DNA of 64,000 nucleotides from Lunatimonas sp. GTDB lineage: Bacteria; Bacteroidota; Bacteroidia; Cytophagales; Cyclobacteriaceae. The stretch covers positions 6,792 through 70,791 of the forward strand of contig DATHWC010000062.1 of assembly GCA_035460985.1 (NCBI GenBank), read 5' to 3'. Position numbers and translations under genes: made by a program. Of the stretch, positions 10,388-21,806 are shown piece by piece. The notes under the pieces were generated by a model. It was not told the origin of the DNA, did not search any database, and saw only the letters and a program-made list of their open reading frames with translations. The stretch's first letter is position 1; every line of letters begins with the position of its first letter.

Positions 10388-11377
10388 TTATTCTTCATCA
10401 AGTTTATACTTAGACAAATCCATTCCAAAGGTCAACCCCTTTTCTTGGATCAACTGTTCCAATTCAGCCAATGACTTCTTTCCGAAATTCCGGAATTTCA
10501 TCATATCGGAAATTTCCAACCTGGCCAAATCGCCCAGAGTTTTCACATCAGCAGCTTTCAGGCAGTTATAAGCCCGTACAGAGAGATCCAAATCACTCAA
10601 TGAAGTCTTCAACAACTTCCTCATGTGCAGGTATTCCTCGTCAATAGGCTCAATGGCACCACTGCCAGGTGCATCAATCACCATGGTCTGGTCCGAGAAC
10701 AACATGAAATGCTGTATAAGAATCTTGGCAGATTCCTGTAAAGCTTTCTCTGGATGAATCGAACCATCCGTGGATACTTCCATAATCAGTTGCTCATAAT
10801 CCGTCTTCTGCTCTACCCTGGTATTTTCTACCCTGTATTTTACATTTTTGATTGGAGTAAAGATGGCATCTATTGGAATGACACCATAAATTTGCTCCTT
10901 GGGCTTGGATTCTTCCGCAGGAAGGTACCCTCTACCTTTTTCCACCACAAGTTCCACTTCCAGACTTTTCACATCGTCCAAATGACAGATGATCAGTTCG
11001 GGATTTAGTATTTCATACGATGAGGTATGTTTAGCTATATCACCGGCGGTAAAGACAGCTTTGTTCTTCACCTCGACGGTTATTTTACTATCTGTGGCAT
11101 CATGCAACTTTTTAAACCTGACTTGTTTCAGGTTTAGGATAATATCAGTAACATCTTCTACAACGCCTTCGATACTGGAAAATTCATGAACCACACCCGG
11201 CAGTTTGACGGAAGTAATGGCATAGCCTTCCAGGGAAGAAAGCAAAATTCTTCTTAGTGCATTACCAATAGTAACCCCGTAACCTTTTTCCAATGGCTTG
11301 AAAGTGAACAGACCGTGAAAATCGTCTGCCTTTTCCATTACCACTTTTTCCGGCATTTGAAATGCTAATATGGACAT
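10388..11377 (-). CDS. rpoA: RNA polymerase alpha subunit
   Basis: [31 protein letters not shown] and RNFGKKS motifs. Confidence 0.99.
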   Translation of the reverse strand: MSILAFQMPEKVVMEKADDFHGLFTFKPLEKGYGVTIGNALRRILLSSLEGYAITSVKLPGVVHEFSSIEGVVEDVTDIILNLKQVRFKKLHDATDSKITVEVKNKAVFTAGDIAKHTSSYEILNPELIICHLDDVKSLEVELVVEKGRGYLPAEESKPKEQIYGVIPIDAIFTPIKNVKYRVENTRVEQKTDYEQLIMEVSTDGSIHPEKALQESAKILIQHFMLFSDQTMVIDAPGSGAIEPIDEEYLHMRKLLKTSLSDLDLSVRAYNCLKAADVKTLGDLARLEISDMMKFRNFGKKSLAELEQLIQEKGLTFGMDLSKYKLDEE

Positions 11378-11410
11378 ATCGTTAGTTCTTTTAAGGTCGG
11401 GAATTTTATT

Positions 11411-12016
11411 TTACTTTGAATAAAGTTCAACAATGAGTTGTTCTTTAATATTCTCAGGGATATCCTCTCTTACAGGAATACTTACGAATTTTCCACTAAA
11501 GGAAGTACCGTCCCATTCCAACCATGAAAACCGGTTGGCGGCGCGGCCTCTTAAACTTTCCGTGATGGCTTCCAAGGATTTTGAACGCTCACGAACAGCT
11601 ATAACATCACCTGGTTTCAAGGTATAAGAAGGAATGTTTACCAACTCTCCGTTTACCAGAATATGCTTGTGGGAGACCAACTGACGGGCACCTCTACGGG
11701 TAGGCGCTATACCCAACCTGTAAACAGTGTTGTCTAATCTGGCTTCCAGCAGTTGCAACAGGTTTTCACCAGTTACCCCTTTTTTCCTTGAGGCGATATT
11801 AAACATCTTCGCAAATTGTCTTTCCAATATGCCGTAGATGTATTTCGCTTTTTGTTTTTCCATCAACTGGATGGCGTATTCAGACTGTTTCTTCCTTCTA
11901 CCTCTTCCGTGCATTCCCGGAGGGTAATTCTTTTTCTGAAGTACTTTACCTTGCCCTTCGATCGGTTCGCCGAATTTCCTGGCAATTTTTGCTTTGGGAC
12001 CTCTATATCTAGCCAT
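11411..12016 (-). CDS. rpsD: 30S ribosomal protein S4
   Basis: MARYRGPK and [13 protein letters not shown] motifs. Confidence 0.99.
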   Translation of the reverse strand: MARYRGPKAKIARKFGEPIEGQGKVLQKKNYPPGMHGRGRRKKQSEYAIQLMEKQKAKYIYGILERQFAKMFNIASRKKGVTGENLLQLLEARLDNTVYRLGIAPTRRGARQLVSHKHILVNGELVNIPSYTLKPGDVIAVRERSKSLEAITESLRGRAANRFSWLEWDGTSFSGKFVSIPVREDIPENIKEQLIVELYSK

Positions 12017-12036
12017 GCTATGTATTCTTCTTTAAA

Positions 12037-12435
12037 TTAAACTCTTCTACGTTTTGGAGGACGACAACCGTTGTGCGGTAGCGGCGTCACATCAACAATC
12101 GTAGTAACGTCAATTCCTACATTTTGCAAAGTTCTGATAGCAGACTCCCTTCCCGCACCGGGACCTTTCACAAATACTTCTACCTTTCTAAGTCCAAGGT
12201 CATATGCTACCTGTCCGCAGTTTTGGGCGGCCATTTGTGCAGCATAGGGGGTATTCTTCTTGGATCCTCTAAATCCCATTTTTCCGGCAGATGCCCAAGA
12301 GATTACCTGACCTGAATTATTGGTAATAGAAATGATGATGTTATTGAATGAAGCTTTGATGTGGGCTTGACCTACCGCTTCAACTTTAACAACTCTTTTC
12401 TTACTTTTTGTCTTATCGTTTCTTTTCTGAGCCAT
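12037..12435 (-). CDS. rpsK: 30S ribosomal protein S11
   Basis: [19 protein letters not shown] and [13 protein letters not shown] motifs. Confidence 0.99.
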   Translation of the reverse strand: MAQKRNDKTKSKKRVVKVEAVGQAHIKASFNNIIISITNNSGQVISWASAGKMGFRGSKKNTPYAAQMAAQNCGQVAYDLGLRKVEVFVKGPGAGRESAIRTLQNVGIDVTTIVDVTPLPHNGCRPPKRRRV

Positions 12436-12450
12436 GATCTAAATCAAGAT

Positions 12451-12828
12451 TTATTTAGTTGCTTTTTTCTTGTTAGCAACAGTCTTTCTCTTACCTTTTC
12501 TGGTTCTGGCGTTATTCTTGGTTTTTTGACCGCGAACGGGAAGACCTTTTCTGTGTCTCAACCCACGGTAACAACCAATATCCATTAACCTTTTTATACT
12601 CAACTGCACCTCTGACTTCAAAACACCTTCTGTCTTAAACTCTTCAGCAATAATGTTTCGTATAGCGGTAGACTCATCGTCATCCCACTCACCTGCTTTT
12701 TTGTCATATGAGATACCAGCCTTGGCTAAAATAGCCTTGGCAGCGCTCCTACCGATACCGTAAATATAGGTAAGGCCTATCTCACCGCGCTTGTTGTCCG
12801 GAATGTCAACACCTGCAATTCTTGCCAT
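12451..12828 (-). CDS. rpsM: 30S ribosomal protein S13
   Basis: [10 protein letters not shown] and [18 protein letters not shown] motifs. Confidence 0.99.
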   Translation of the reverse strand: MARIAGVDIPDNKRGEIGLTYIYGIGRSAAKAILAKAGISYDKKAGEWDDDESTAIRNIIAEEFKTEGVLKSEVQLSIKRLMDIGCYRGLRHRKGLPVRGQKTKNNARTRKGKRKTVANKKKATK

Positions 12829-12833
12829 AGTAA

Positions 12834-12950
12834 TTAACCTTGTCTTTGTTTAAACTTAGGATTCTTTTTGTTGATCACGTAAAGCTTTCCCTTTCTTCGG
12901 ATCACTTTGCAATCAACGCTTCTCTTTTTAATAGATGCCTTTACTTTCAT
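12834..12950 (-). CDS. rpmJ: 50S ribosomal protein L36 (zinc-free type)
   Basis: Not in the ORF track. Manual translation: [38 protein letters not shown]. Confidence 0.97.
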   Translation of the reverse strand: MKVKASIKKRSVDCKVIRRKGKLYVINKKNPKFKQRQG

Positions 12951-13003
12951 GATTGTATCCAATTTGACGGGACTCGTACACCTTTGCCCCAATTTTATAG
13001 ACT

Positions 13004-13222
13004 TTATTTATAACGATATACAATTCTCCCTTTGGAAAGATCATAGGGAGACATCTCCAATTTGACTTTATCCCCTGGAAGGATCTTGATATAGTTCATT
13101 CTCATTTTACCGGAAATATGGGCTATCAGTTGATGACCGTTTTCCAATTCCACTTTAAACATTGCATTCGACAGCGCCTCGATAATGGTTCCGTCTTGTT
13201 CGATTGATGCCTGTTTAGCCAT
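13004..13222 (-). CDS. infA: Translation initiation factor IF-1
   Basis: [13 protein letters not shown] and [17 protein letters not shown] motifs. Confidence 0.99.
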   Translation of the reverse strand: MAKQASIEQDGTIIEALSNAMFKVELENGHQLIAHISGKMRMNYIKILPGDKVKLEMSPYDLSKGRIVYRYK

Positions 13223-13991
13223 ATTTAAAATTTTCTTCTATATACTTATGCGTTGTTAGTATTTCAGTCTTGTCCGCAAAGATCGCTACCGTATGCTCAA
13301 AATGGGCAGAAGGCTTTCTGTCGGCAGTACGGATAGTCCAACCATCCCGCTCTTGAACCACATTCCTTGTACCCATGTTTACCATCGGCTCAATGGCTAG
13401 GACCATGCCTTCTCTCAACTTTTCACCACTCCCCCGTTTCCCATAGTTGGGTACCTCAGGAGCTTCGTGAAGGCTTTTACCTAAGCCATGACCAACCAAT
13501 TCACGAACGATGGTAAATCCCTTGGATTCGACAAATTTTTGAATGGCATGACCGATATCACCCATGCGGTTATTAAAGACCGCCTTTTCTATCCCTAGAT
13601 AAAGTGATTCTTTGGTGACTTTTAAAAGTGACAATACAGAAGAAGAGACTTCACCGACAGGGTAAGTATAAGCGGAATCGCTATGAAAACCTTGGTGAAA
13701 GACTCCACAATCTATTGAGATTATATCGCCATCTTTCAAAACATAGTCACCTGGAAAACCATGGACCACAACTTCATTAACCGATATACACAGGGAAGCA
13801 GGAAATCCGTTGTACCCTTTGAAGGAAGGAACTCCCTGATGATCTCTGATGTATTCTTCAGCAATTTTATCTAAATAAGAGGTCTTTACCCCTTCTTTCA
13901 CATATTTGGCTACCTCTCCATGAGCCTTGCCTAATATCTGAGCACTTTCTTTTATTATGTCAATTTCTTCCCTCGACTTATAATGTATCAT
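13215..13991 (-). CDS. map: Methionine aminopeptidase type I
   Basis: [24 protein letters not shown]...HE and EPM metal-ligand motifs. Confidence 0.97.
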   Translation of the reverse strand: MIHYKSREEIDIIKESAQILGKAHGEVAKYVKEGVKTSYLDKIAEEYIRDHQGVPSFKGYNGFPASLCISVNEVVVHGFPGDYVLKDGDIISIDCGVFHQGFHSDSAYTYPVGEVSSSVLSLLKVTKESLYLGIEKAVFNNRMGDIGHAIQKFVESKGFTIVRELVGHGLGKSLHEAPEVPNYGKRGSGEKLREGMVLAIEPMVNMGTRNVVQERDGWTIRTADRKPSAHFEHTVAIFADKTEILTTHKYIEENFKYG

Positions 13992-13993
13992 AT

Positions 13994-15310
13994 TTAGGCA
14001 ACAGCATAACTAGAAGGATCATTTTTCATGTTCCCACTTTTCATCATACCCTCGTAATGACGCATTAGCAAGTAGCTTTCAATTTGTCGAAGCGTATCTA
14101 AAATAACACCAACCATAATCAGCAGTGAAGTTCCACCATAGAACTGGGCAAATTCACCACTTACCCCAGCGAGGATGGCAAATGCAGGCATAATCGCAAC
14201 CAATGCCAACAAAATCGACCCGGGTAAGGTAATTCGGGAAATGATATTATCGATGAATTCAGCGGTAGGGGCACCGGGTTTAATTCCGGGCACAAATCCT
14301 CCGTTACGTTTCATGTCTTCAGCTATCTGCTCGGGATTAACCGTAATCGCTGTGTAGAAAAACGTGAAAAGGATAATCATCAGGGCAAACACAAGATTGT
14401 ATTGCCAAGAAGTAAAATCACTAAAGGTAGTCCCAATATAAGCGGCTATGTCACTGCTCTCAGCCCATATCTGGGCTATAAGCGCGGGTAAGAACATCAG
14501 TGATTGCGCGAAGATAATGGGCATTACTCCAGATGCATTAACCTTAATCGGTATATACTGCCGCTGACCTCCATATACTTTACCGCCAACCACCTGCTTG
14601 GCATACTGTACAGGAATTCTTCTAGTTGCTTCTGTGAGAGCAACTGTCCCTACAACCACGAAGAACAATATAGCTGCTTCAATGATTAGCAATAGAATAC
14701 CACCTGAGCCCTTGGACAGACTTTCCGCTATTAGAGCTCCCGGTAAGGCCGAAATAATCCCGATCATAATCAACATGGAAATGCCATTCCCAATGCCTTT
14801 TTCCGTGATTTTTTCACCAATCCACATACAGAACATCGTTCCGGAAGTAAGCAGTACTAATGAACTAACCATGAAAAGGGACTTGTTCACTACAATGGCT
14901 TCGTTAGGAATGGTAGCAGTAATATAACCAATACCTTGGGCCACAGTAATTAATATGGTCAGAATCCGTGTTATCTGATTGATTCTTTTCCGTCCAGATT
15001 CGCCTTCCTTTTGAAGCTTTTGAAAATAAGGCACACCAACAGTTAACAACTGCAATACGATAGAAGCAGATATATAGGGCATGATCCCTAATCCAAATAT
15101 AGAAGCTCTACTGAAAGATCCTCCAAGGAAGGTGTCAATCAATCCAAATATACCACCTGCTGATTCCCCCAAAAGACTGGGATCAACACCTGGCAATACG
15201 ATGAAAGAACCTATTCTAAAAACTACCAGTAATCCCAGTGTATTCAGAATACGAATCCTTAGATCTTCTATTGAAAAGATATTCTTAACTGTAGTGATAA
15301 ATTTTTTCAT
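13994..15310 (-). CDS. secY: Preprotein translocase SecY
   Basis: SIFGLGIMPYISASI, GIGNGISMLI and FYGGTSLLI motifs; multiple TM helices. Confidence 0.99.
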   Translation of the reverse strand: MKKFITTVKNIFSIEDLRIRILNTLGLLVVFRIGSFIVLPGVDPSLLGESAGGIFGLIDTFLGGSFSRASIFGLGIMPYISASIVLQLLTVGVPYFQKLQKEGESGRKRINQITRILTILITVAQGIGYITATIPNEAIVVNKSLFMVSSLVLLTSGTMFCMWIGEKITEKGIGNGISMLIMIGIISALPGALIAESLSKGSGGILLLIIEAAILFFVVVGTVALTEATRRIPVQYAKQVVGGKVYGGQRQYIPIKVNASGVMPIIFAQSLMFLPALIAQIWAESSDIAAYIGTTFSDFTSWQYNLVFALMIILFTFFYTAITVNPEQIAEDMKRNGGFVPGIKPGAPTAEFIDNIISRITLPGSILLALVAIMPAFAILAGVSGEFAQFYGGTSLLIMVGVILDTLRQIESYLLMRHYEGMMKSGNMKNDPSSYAVA

Positions 15311-15313
15311 TTT

Positions 15314-15760
15314 TTAAAGCTTATTGACAGTTCCGCCAACCTTTTGAATAGCCTCTTCGGCGGAAGCAGAGAACTTGTGGGCACTTACATTTATTTTACT
15401 GGTAAGTTCGCCTGTTCCTAGGACTTTTACAACATCTTTTTTAGACATAAATCCATTTTCAATGAAAGTTTCCAATGAAATTGTATCCGTATCAAGTTTA
15501 TCAACCAAAATCTGAAGATCTCCCAAATTTATAATTTGGTATTCGATTCGGTTAACATTCTTGAAACCGAATTTCGGAACTCTTCGCTGAAGGGGCATCT
15601 GGCCACCTTCAAATCCCAGTTTCGATTTATATCCAGACCTTGACTTTGCACCTTTATGTCCCCGGGTAGAAGTACCACCTCTACCGGATCCCTGGCCCCT
15701 GCCGATTCTTTTCCTGTTCTTGGTAGAACCTTCAGCAGGTGTTAATGTATGTAGTTTCAT
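15314..15760 (-). CDS. rplO: 50S ribosomal protein L15
   Basis: RIGRGQGSG and GFEGGQMPLQRRVPKFGF motifs. Confidence 0.99.
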   Translation of the reverse strand: MKLHTLTPAEGSTKNRKRIGRGQGSGRGGTSTRGHKGAKSRSGYKSKLGFEGGQMPLQRRVPKFGFKNVNRIEYQIINLGDLQILVDKLDTDTISLETFIENGFMSKKDVVKVLGTGELTSKINVSAHKFSASAEEAIQKVGGTVNKL

Positions 15761-15812
15761 TTGAAGTAAATTTTAACAATGGGCATAAACCTTAAGAACG
15801 TATCACGTTCGA

Positions 15813-15992
15813 TTAAGCTTCCTCCGATTTAACAAGGTGACTTACTTTATTGATCATCCCCATTATCTGAGGAGTACCTTCCACTTCAACGCTTTTATTG
15901 ATCCTTCCAAGACCAAGAGCGATTATAGTAGCTTTTTGGTCTTTTGGACGTTTGATGGTACTTTTTATTTGTGTAATTCTATACTTTGCCAT
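15813..15992 (-). CDS. rpmD: 50S ribosomal protein L30
   Basis: Not in the ORF track. Manual translation: [59 protein letters not shown]. Confidence 0.96.
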   Translation of the reverse strand: MAKYRITQIKSTIKRPKDQKATIIALGLGRINKSVEVEGTPQIMGMINKVSHLVKSEEA

Positions 15993-15996
15993 CTAC

Positions 15997-16515
15997 CTAC
16001 CCATTAAATACTTTAGCTAATTTAACACTTCTTTGTTGAGATACAGCAATAGCATCTCTCATATGCTCCAACGCATCCACAGTCGCTTTCACCACATTGT
16101 GGGGGTTTGAGGAACCTTTGGACTTGGCCAGGATATCAGAATAACCTGCACTTTCCAATACCGCCCGCATTGCACCGCCTGCCAATACTCCAGTACCTGG
16201 AGCAGCTGGCTTGATCAACACGAATCCGCCTCCAAATTTCCCAAGCTGCTCATGAGGAACAGTACCTTTATACAGAGGAACTTTTATCAAATTCTTCTTA
16301 GCGTCTTCTATACCTTTTGTAATAGCATCTGTCACCTCGTTGGCTTTGCCTAAGCCATAACCAACGATTCCGTTGCCATCTCCCACCACTACGATTGCAG
16401 AGAAGGAGAATCTTCTACCTCCCTTTACAACTTTAGCGACACGGTTGATAGCCACTACTTTTTCTTTTAATTCAGTTTCAGTAGCCCTTATGGGTTTCTT
16501 TCTTATCTGGGACAT
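15997..16515 (-). CDS. rpsE: 30S ribosomal protein S5
   Basis: [16 protein letters not shown] motif. Confidence 0.99.
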   Translation of the reverse strand: MSQIRKKPIRATETELKEKVVAINRVAKVVKGGRRFSFSAIVVVGDGNGIVGYGLGKANEVTDAITKGIEDAKKNLIKVPLYKGTVPHEQLGKFGGGFVLIKPAAPGTGVLAGGAMRAVLESAGYSDILAKSKGSSNPHNVVKATVDALEHMRDAIAVSQQRSVKLAKVFNG

Positions 16516-16523
16516 AATATCTA

Positions 16524-16874
16524 TTAAAATTTAAGGCCACCTTCTCTGGCACCATCGGCCAAAGCTTTAACATTACCGTGATAGAGATATCCGCTCCTAT
16601 CAAAAACTACTTCGGTGATTCCACCGGCAATTGCCTTCTCTGCCAACTTCTTACCAACCTCTTTGGAAAGGGGGATATTGGTGTTGCTCTTCTCTCCTAG
16701 CTCTTTTGAGGATGCCGCGGCTATGGTGTGACCTAAGAGGTCATTTACAATTTGGGCATATATACCGGTATTGCTTTTGAATACCGCTAATCTAGGCCTG
16801 GAATCAGTACCGGAAATTTTCCTCCGAATACTCTTCTTGATTCTCAGTCTTCTTTTATTCTTATTAAAAGCCAT
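16524..16874 (-). CDS. rplR: 50S ribosomal protein L18
   Basis: [22 protein letters not shown] and AREGGLKF motifs. Confidence 0.99.
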   Translation of the reverse strand: MAFNKNKRRLRIKKSIRRKISGTDSRPRLAVFKSNTGIYAQIVNDLLGHTIAAASSKELGEKSNTNIPLSKEVGKKLAEKAIAGGITEVVFDRSGYLYHGNVKALADGAREGGLKF

Positions 16875-16881
16875 GTCTCAG

Positions 16882-17439
16882 TTATTTTTTAGCAGAAGTT
16901 TTACCAGCTTTTCTACGGACTTTCTCTCCGACAAAGCGAACACCTTTTCCTTTGAACGGCTCAACTTTCCTGAAAGACTTAATCTTAGCAGCAATTTGAC
17001 CAATCAATTCCTTATCAACACCTTCCAGCGTGATCAAAGGGTTCTTACCTTTTGGAGTTTCGGTCTTAATTGAAATTTCCTGGGGAAGCGCGAAGATGAT
17101 ATTGTGGGAATACCCTAAGGCCAGTTCCAACAATTGTCCCTGGTTGGTAGCTTTATAACCTACACCTACCAATTCCAACTCCCTCTTATATCCTTCATTT
17201 ACACCAATCACCATGTTGTTGATCAGTGAACGATACAGTCCGTGGAGAGACTTATGCCTTTTGGATTCGGTCGGCCGTTCTACAACAACCTGACTTCCTG
17301 CAACTTCTACTTTTATATCCGGATTAACTTCCTGATATAATGTACCTTTGGGACCTTTAACAGTGACCTGATTATGTTTGGACACGTCTACAGTAACACC
17401 CGCTGGTATATCTATTGGTTTTTTACCTATTCTTGACAT
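16882..17439 (-). CDS. rplF: 50S ribosomal protein L6
   Basis: MSRIGKKPI and EPFKGKGV motifs. Confidence 0.99.
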   Translation of the reverse strand: MSRIGKKPIDIPAGVTVDVSKHNQVTVKGPKGTLYQEVNPDIKVEVAGSQVVVERPTESKRHKSLHGLYRSLINNMVIGVNEGYKRELELVGVGYKATNQGQLLELALGYSHNIIFALPQEISIKTETPKGKNPLITLEGVDKELIGQIAAKIKSFRKVEPFKGKGVRFVGEKVRRKAGKTSAKK

Positions 17440-17448
17440 CGTATTGAA

Positions 17449-17844
17449 TTAATAGACGTAGCAAAGTACTTCTCCGCCAACACCTTCAGTGCGGGCTTCT
17501 TTGTCAGTCATGATTCCCTTTGAGGTAGAGATGATGGCTACGCCAAGACCGTTAATCACCCGGGGAAGGGAATCTTTGTTTACATACTTTCTCAAACCTG
17601 GCTTACTAATTCTAGTCAGGTTAACAATTGCATTCTCTTTGGTAGTTGGGTTGTATTTCAAAGCGATCTTAATGGAACCCTGAGGGCCATTTTCATCAAA
17701 TTTATAATTTTGAATATACCCCTTGTCAAAGAGCACTTTGGTCATCTCCTTCTTCACATTGGAAGCAGGGATCTCCACAATCCGGTGAGAAGCCTTGATG
17801 GCGTTTCTCAACCTGGTCAGATAATCAGCTATTGGATCAGTCAT
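17449..17844 (-). CDS. rpsH: 30S ribosomal protein S8
   Basis: [23 protein letters not shown] and STSKGIMT motifs. Confidence 0.99.
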   Translation of the reverse strand: MTDPIADYLTRLRNAIKASHRIVEIPASNVKKEMTKVLFDKGYIQNYKFDENGPQGSIKIALKYNPTTKENAIVNLTRISKPGLRKYVNKDSLPRVINGLGVAIISTSKGIMTDKEARTEGVGGEVLCYVY

Positions 17845-17884
17845 ATTTATAATATAGTCTAACTACACGCTCCCAATGGGCGTG

Positions 17885-17892
17885 CAAAGTTA
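17885..17892 (-). promoter_or_regulatory. Internal sigma-A -7 element between rpsN and rpsH
   Basis: TAACTTTG(CA) on the minus strand within an 85-bp gap. Confidence 0.6.
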
Positions 17893-17929
17893 CACAATGA
17901 TTCTAAGAATAAAAACATTTGTCTGATTT

Positions 17930-18199
17930 TTACCAGCTCGATTTAGTGATACCAGGTATCTTGCCCGCAGAGGCCATTTCCCTGAAAGTTACCCTGTTTA
18001 TGCCAAACTTTCTCATATATCCTTTAGGACGTCCGGTAAGTTTGCATCGGTTGTGTAACCTTACTGGCGATGCATTTTTAGGTAGTTTGTCTAGCGCTTC
18101 AAAATCACCGGCTGCCTTTAAGTCTGCTCTTTTTTTAGCGTATTTGGCTACCAGGCGTTCTCTTTTTCTCTCTCGAGCTTTGATCGACTCTTTTGCCAT
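17930..18199 (-). CDS. rpsN: 30S ribosomal protein S14 (89-aa zinc-free form)
   Basis: [20 protein letters not shown] and KSSW motifs; only one Cys. Confidence 0.99.
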   Translation of the reverse strand: MAKESIKARERKRERLVAKYAKKRADLKAAGDFEALDKLPKNASPVRLHNRCKLTGRPKGYMRKFGINRVTFREMASAGKIPGITKSSW

Positions 18200-18201
18200 G
18201 A

Positions 18202-18762
18202 TTAGATTTCTTTATTGTTGTTTATGAATGGCATTCCCAATGCTTTAAGCAAAGCCAACGCCTCTTCATCTGTTTCCGCAGTTGTCACCAGCGTGATGTC
18301 CATTCCGGAAATCCGGTTGACTTTTTCGATGCTGATTTCAGGGAAAATGATTTGTTCCGTGACACCTAGTGTATAGTTGCCTCTTCCGTCGAATCCTTTG
18401 TCTGAAATACCTTTAAAATCACGAACCCTAGGTAAAGCGATAGTAACTAACCTGTCCAAAAATTCGAACATCCGGTTTCCCCTAAGGGTAACCTTTGCTC
18501 CAATTGGCATTCCTTCTCTAAGTTTAAAGTTGGAGATGGAATTTTTTGCTTTGGTAGCAACTGCACGCTGACCAGAAATGAGCGAAAGCTCTTCTACTCC
18601 TTGGTCCACTAGTTTCTTGTCGGCTACAGCAGCTCCAATACCTTTGTTGATGACAATCTTCGTCAACTTAGGGACCTGCATGACTGACTTATATTGAAAT
18701 TTCTCCTTAAGACCGGCAGAAATTTCAGAAACAAATTTTTCTTTTAATCTAGGATTAGCCAT
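18202..18762 (-). CDS. rplE: 50S ribosomal protein L5
   Basis: [16 protein letters not shown] and LPRVRDFKG motifs. Confidence 0.99.
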   Translation of the reverse strand: MANPRLKEKFVSEISAGLKEKFQYKSVMQVPKLTKIVINKGIGAAVADKKLVDQGVEELSLISGQRAVATKAKNSISNFKLREGMPIGAKVTLRGNRMFEFLDRLVTIALPRVRDFKGISDKGFDGRGNYTLGVTEQIIFPEISIEKVNRISGMDITLVTTAETDEEALALLKALGMPFINNNKEI

Positions 18763-19099
18763 TGATTACCTCCCCGGTTTTCTTTGAATACCTTACTAAT
18801 TTACCATTTTCGCCTGCTTTTCTACCTATTCGTGTAGCATCTCCTGTTGTAGGATCTACCAACATGAGGTTACTGGCGTGTATGGAAGCTTCTTTCTTTT
18901 CGATTCCACCCTGAGGAGAATTTGCGGTAGGTTTTACATGTTTGGTTACCATGTTTAATCCTTCCACGATTACTCTTCTTTTTTGGATGTTTACAGAAAG
19001 CACTTTACCTTTCTTGCCCTTGTCATCACCGGCGATTACCAATACGGTATCTCCGGATTTGATGTGCATCTTGGGTTGTTTATCTGATTTTTTTTCCAT
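18755..19099 (-). CDS. rplX: 50S ribosomal protein L24
   Basis: [22 protein letters not shown] (KOW) motif. Confidence 0.98.
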   Translation of the reverse strand: MEKKSDKQPKMHIKSGDTVLVIAGDDKGKKGKVLSVNIQKRRVIVEGLNMVTKHVKPTANSPQGGIEKKEASIHASNLMLVDPTTGDATRIGRKAGENGKLVRYSKKTGEVING

Positions 19100-19101
19100 T
19101 T

Positions 19102-19470
19102 TTAAAGTACTTCAGGGGCCAATGATACAATTTTCATAAACTGCTTTTCACGCAGCTCTCTCGCAACAGGGCCAAATATACGTGTGCCTCTCGGCTCATC
19201 GTTGTTGTTTAGAAGTACAGCGGCGTTATCCTCAAAACGGATATAAGAGCCGTCTTTTCTGCGCACTTCTTTTTTGGTTCTCACGATAACCGCTTTAGAA
19301 ACGGTACCTTTTTTCATACTGCTGGATGAAAGAGCCGACTTAACGGTAACGACAACCTTGTCACCGATGGAAGCATATCTCCTTCCAGTTCCGCCCAATA
19401 CACGGATGACAAGCACTTCTTTAGCACCTGAATTATCCGCGACACTCAATCTTGATTCTTGTTGTATCAT
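19102..19470 (-). CDS. rplN: 50S ribosomal protein L14
   Basis: [17 protein letters not shown] and [11 protein letters not shown] motifs. Confidence 0.99.
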   Translation of the reverse strand: MIQQESRLSVADNSGAKEVLVIRVLGGTGRRYASIGDKVVVTVKSALSSSSMKKGTVSKAVIVRTKKEVRRKDGSYIRFEDNAAVLLNNNDEPRGTRIFGPVARELREKQFMKIVSLAPEVL

Positions 19471-19472
19471 GA

Positions 19473-19736
19473 TTATTTAGCTCTTTCTATAATTTCTACT
19501 AATCTCCAACGCTTTCTCTTACTCAGCGGACGAGTTTCGCTAATCCGTACCAGGTCACCCGGCTTGGAATCATTGGTCTCGTCATGAGCCATAAATTTGG
19601 TAGTCCGGGCAACAAATTTGCCATAGATCGGGTGCTTCACCTTTCTCTCTACGGCAACTGTTATGGATTTATCCATACTGTTGCTTACTACCTTTCCTAT
19701 TCTTTCTTTACGCAGGTTTCTTTCTATAGTAGCCAT
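19473..19736 (-). CDS. rpsQ: 30S ribosomal protein S17
   Basis: [14 protein letters not shown] and [11 protein letters not shown] motifs. Confidence 0.99.
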   Translation of the reverse strand: MATIERNLRKERIGKVVSNSMDKSITVAVERKVKHPIYGKFVARTTKFMAHDETNDSKPGDLVRISETRPLSKRKRWRLVEIIERAK

Positions 19737-19744
19737 ATTATATA

Positions 19745-19939
19745 TTATTTAGCCAGTTGTTTTTCCCGCAAAAAAGTTTTCAATCTTGCGACCAATCTTT
19801 TTGCTTCCTTGATCTTGTTTGGATTCTCAATGGGAGAAATAGCATGAGCAAACTTCAACTTGGTCAAATTTTCCTGCTCGGCTACAATACGCTCGTTAAT
19901 TTCGCTCTCTGTGAGGGCGTTGATTTCAGTATTCTTCAT
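19745..19939 (-). CDS. rpmC: 50S ribosomal protein L29
   Basis: [17 protein letters not shown] motif; lies between rplP and rpsQ. Confidence 0.97.
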   Translation of the reverse strand: MKNTEINALTESEINERIVAEQENLTKLKFAHAISPIENPNKIKEAKRLVARLKTFLREKQLAK

Positions 19940-19947
19940 CGCTATAA

Positions 19948-20367
19948 TTATCCTACGTATTCTCTACGTACCACAAATTTTGTACTGACTGGAAGTTTTT
20001 GCTGAGCCAATCGTAACGCCTCTTGTGCTACTTCCATTGTCACTCCTGTTGCTTCAAAAAGGATTGTTCCTGGCTTAATTACCGCAACCCAGTATTCAGG
20101 AGCTCCTTTACCTTTACCCATACGTACCTCGGCAGGCTTCTTGGTGATCGGCTTGTCAGGGAAAATCCTGATCCAAACCTGACCCTCTCGCTTCATTGCC
20201 CTGGTCATCGCAATACGGGCGGCTTCTATCTGACGGGATGTAATCCATCCCGGTTCCAAAGATTTAATGCCGAAGTTCCCGAATGAAAGTGTATGGCCAC
20301 GCTGGGCAATACCCTTCACTCTCCCCTTATGCATTTTTCTATATTTCGTTTTTCTTGGCTGTAACAT
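19948..20367 (-). CDS. rplP: 50S ribosomal protein L16
   Basis: [11 protein letters not shown] and EVRMGKGKG motifs. Confidence 0.99.
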   Translation of the reverse strand: MLQPRKTKYRKMHKGRVKGIAQRGHTLSFGNFGIKSLEPGWITSRQIEAARIAMTRAMKREGQVWIRIFPDKPITKKPAEVRMGKGKGAPEYWVAVIKPGTILFEATGVTMEVAQEALRLAQQKLPVSTKFVVRREYVG

Positions 20368-20389
20368 GATTGGTCAATTAGGGTGAAAA

Positions 20390-21130
20390 TTAGTTACTCT
20401 TCTTTCTTCTTTTCGGTCCTCCCTCTCTTCTTCTTCTGTTACCAGCAGGCGCGTTGTTCGCTTTGGAATCCGCCGCAGAAGCTTGGTTTGGAGACAAGTC
20501 TCTTTTACCATACACTTCACCTTTGAATATCCATACCTTGATACCGATAATTCCGTAGACAGTATTGGCCTCTGATATCGCATAGTCAACATCCGCTCTG
20601 ATGGTGTGAAGGGGAATTCTTCCTTCCTTGTACATTTCGGATCTCGCCATTTCCGCGCCACCCAACCTACCGGATAACTTCACCTTTATACCCTCTGCGC
20701 CTACCCGCATGGTAGCCGCAATGGACTGCTTCATTGCTCTTCTAAAAGAAATCCTTGCCTCCAACTGCTGGGCGATAGACTCACCCACTAGCTTGGCATC
20801 CATTTCAGGACGTTTGATCTCAAAAATATTGATCTGAACATCCTTGTTGGTCAATTTCTTCAATTCTTCCTTAAGCTTGTCAACTTCAGAGCCTCCTTTA
20901 CCAATGACAACGCCCGGTCGGGCAGTTTGGATGGTAAGGGTGATTCTCTTCAACGTCCGCTCAATGATTACTTTGGAGATACCTCCTTTTGGAATCCTTG
21001 CATACACGTAATTTCGGATTTTCTGATCCTCATAAAGTTTGTCTGCAAAGTCTCTGCCTCCATACCAATTAGAGTCCCAGCCCTTGATGATACCAAGCCT
21101 AAAACCAATAGGGTTTACTTTCTGTCCCAT
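20390..21130 (-). CDS. rpsC: 30S ribosomal protein S3
   Basis: [13 protein letters not shown] and [14 protein letters not shown] motifs. Confidence 0.99.
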   Translation of the reverse strand: MGQKVNPIGFRLGIIKGWDSNWYGGRDFADKLYEDQKIRNYVYARIPKGGISKVIIERTLKRITLTIQTARPGVVIGKGGSEVDKLKEELKKLTNKDVQINIFEIKRPEMDAKLVGESIAQQLEARISFRRAMKQSIAATMRVGAEGIKVKLSGRLGGAEMARSEMYKEGRIPLHTIRADVDYAISEANTVYGIIGIKVWIFKGEVYGKRDLSPNQASAADSKANNAPAGNRRRREGGPKRRKKSN

Positions 21131-21133
21131 ATG

Positions 21134-21523
21134 TTAGTTTGCTTTTTCATTTGATTCCACAACATCAGCGGTAACAAAATCACTGACTGAATCAATGACA
21201 AGCGTTACATGATTTGATCTTTTACGTATTCTGTGTGCCCTACCCTGAGGTGCAGGTCTTAGTCTTTTCAACATGCGGCCACCATCTACCATGATGGTCT
21301 TCACATAGAGATCAGCATCTTCCAATTTTTCATCCGGATTTTTCGCCTGCCAGTTTGCCACTGCTGACAACACGAGCTTTTCCAATTTTATCGCACCATG
21401 GTTAGGTGAGAACTTGAGAAGACTCAAGGCGTGACCAACTTTTTTACCCCGGATTAAATCCGCTACTAGGCGCATTTTCCGTGGAGAGGTAGGAACATCG
21501 TTTAATCTTGCTATTGCTTCCAT
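21134..21523 (-). CDS. rplV: 50S ribosomal protein L22
   Basis: [14 protein letters not shown] and [14 protein letters not shown] motifs. Confidence 0.99.
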   Translation of the reverse strand: MEAIARLNDVPTSPRKMRLVADLIRGKKVGHALSLLKFSPNHGAIKLEKLVLSAVANWQAKNPDEKLEDADLYVKTIMVDGGRMLKRLRPAPQGRAHRIRKRSNHVTLVIDSVSDFVTADVVESNEKAN

Positions 21524-21525
21524 GA

Positions 21526-21804
21526 TTATCTCTTTCCTTTATCTTTTTTGGCAATGTGTCCTCTGAAATTTCTCGTTGGGGCGAATTCTCCCAACTTGTG
21601 ACCTACCATATTGTCAGTTACGAATACCGGAATAAATTTATTTCCGTTATGAACCGCAAAGGTATGGCCAACAAAATCCGGGGAAATCATCGATCTTCTT
21701 GACCAAGTCTTGATCACCGATTTTTTTCCGGATTCGTTCATCGTATCCACTTTTTTGGCCAAATGGTGTTCTATATACGGACCTTTTTTTAATGAACGTG
21801 CCAT
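21526..21804 (-). CDS. rpsS: 30S ribosomal protein S19
   Basis: [10 protein letters not shown] and [11 protein letters not shown] motifs. Confidence 0.99.
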   Translation of the reverse strand: MARSLKKGPYIEHHLAKKVDTMNESGKKSVIKTWSRRSMISPDFVGHTFAVHNGNKFIPVFVTDNMVGHKLGEFAPTRNFRGHIAKKDKGKR

Positions 21805-21806
21805 AG

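Noticed and set aside
15813-15992. Slightly odd L30 residues (MAKY, VKSEEA) as further sequencing errors
   Set aside because: These positions vary naturally and the frame is intact; this cannot be judged without an alignment.
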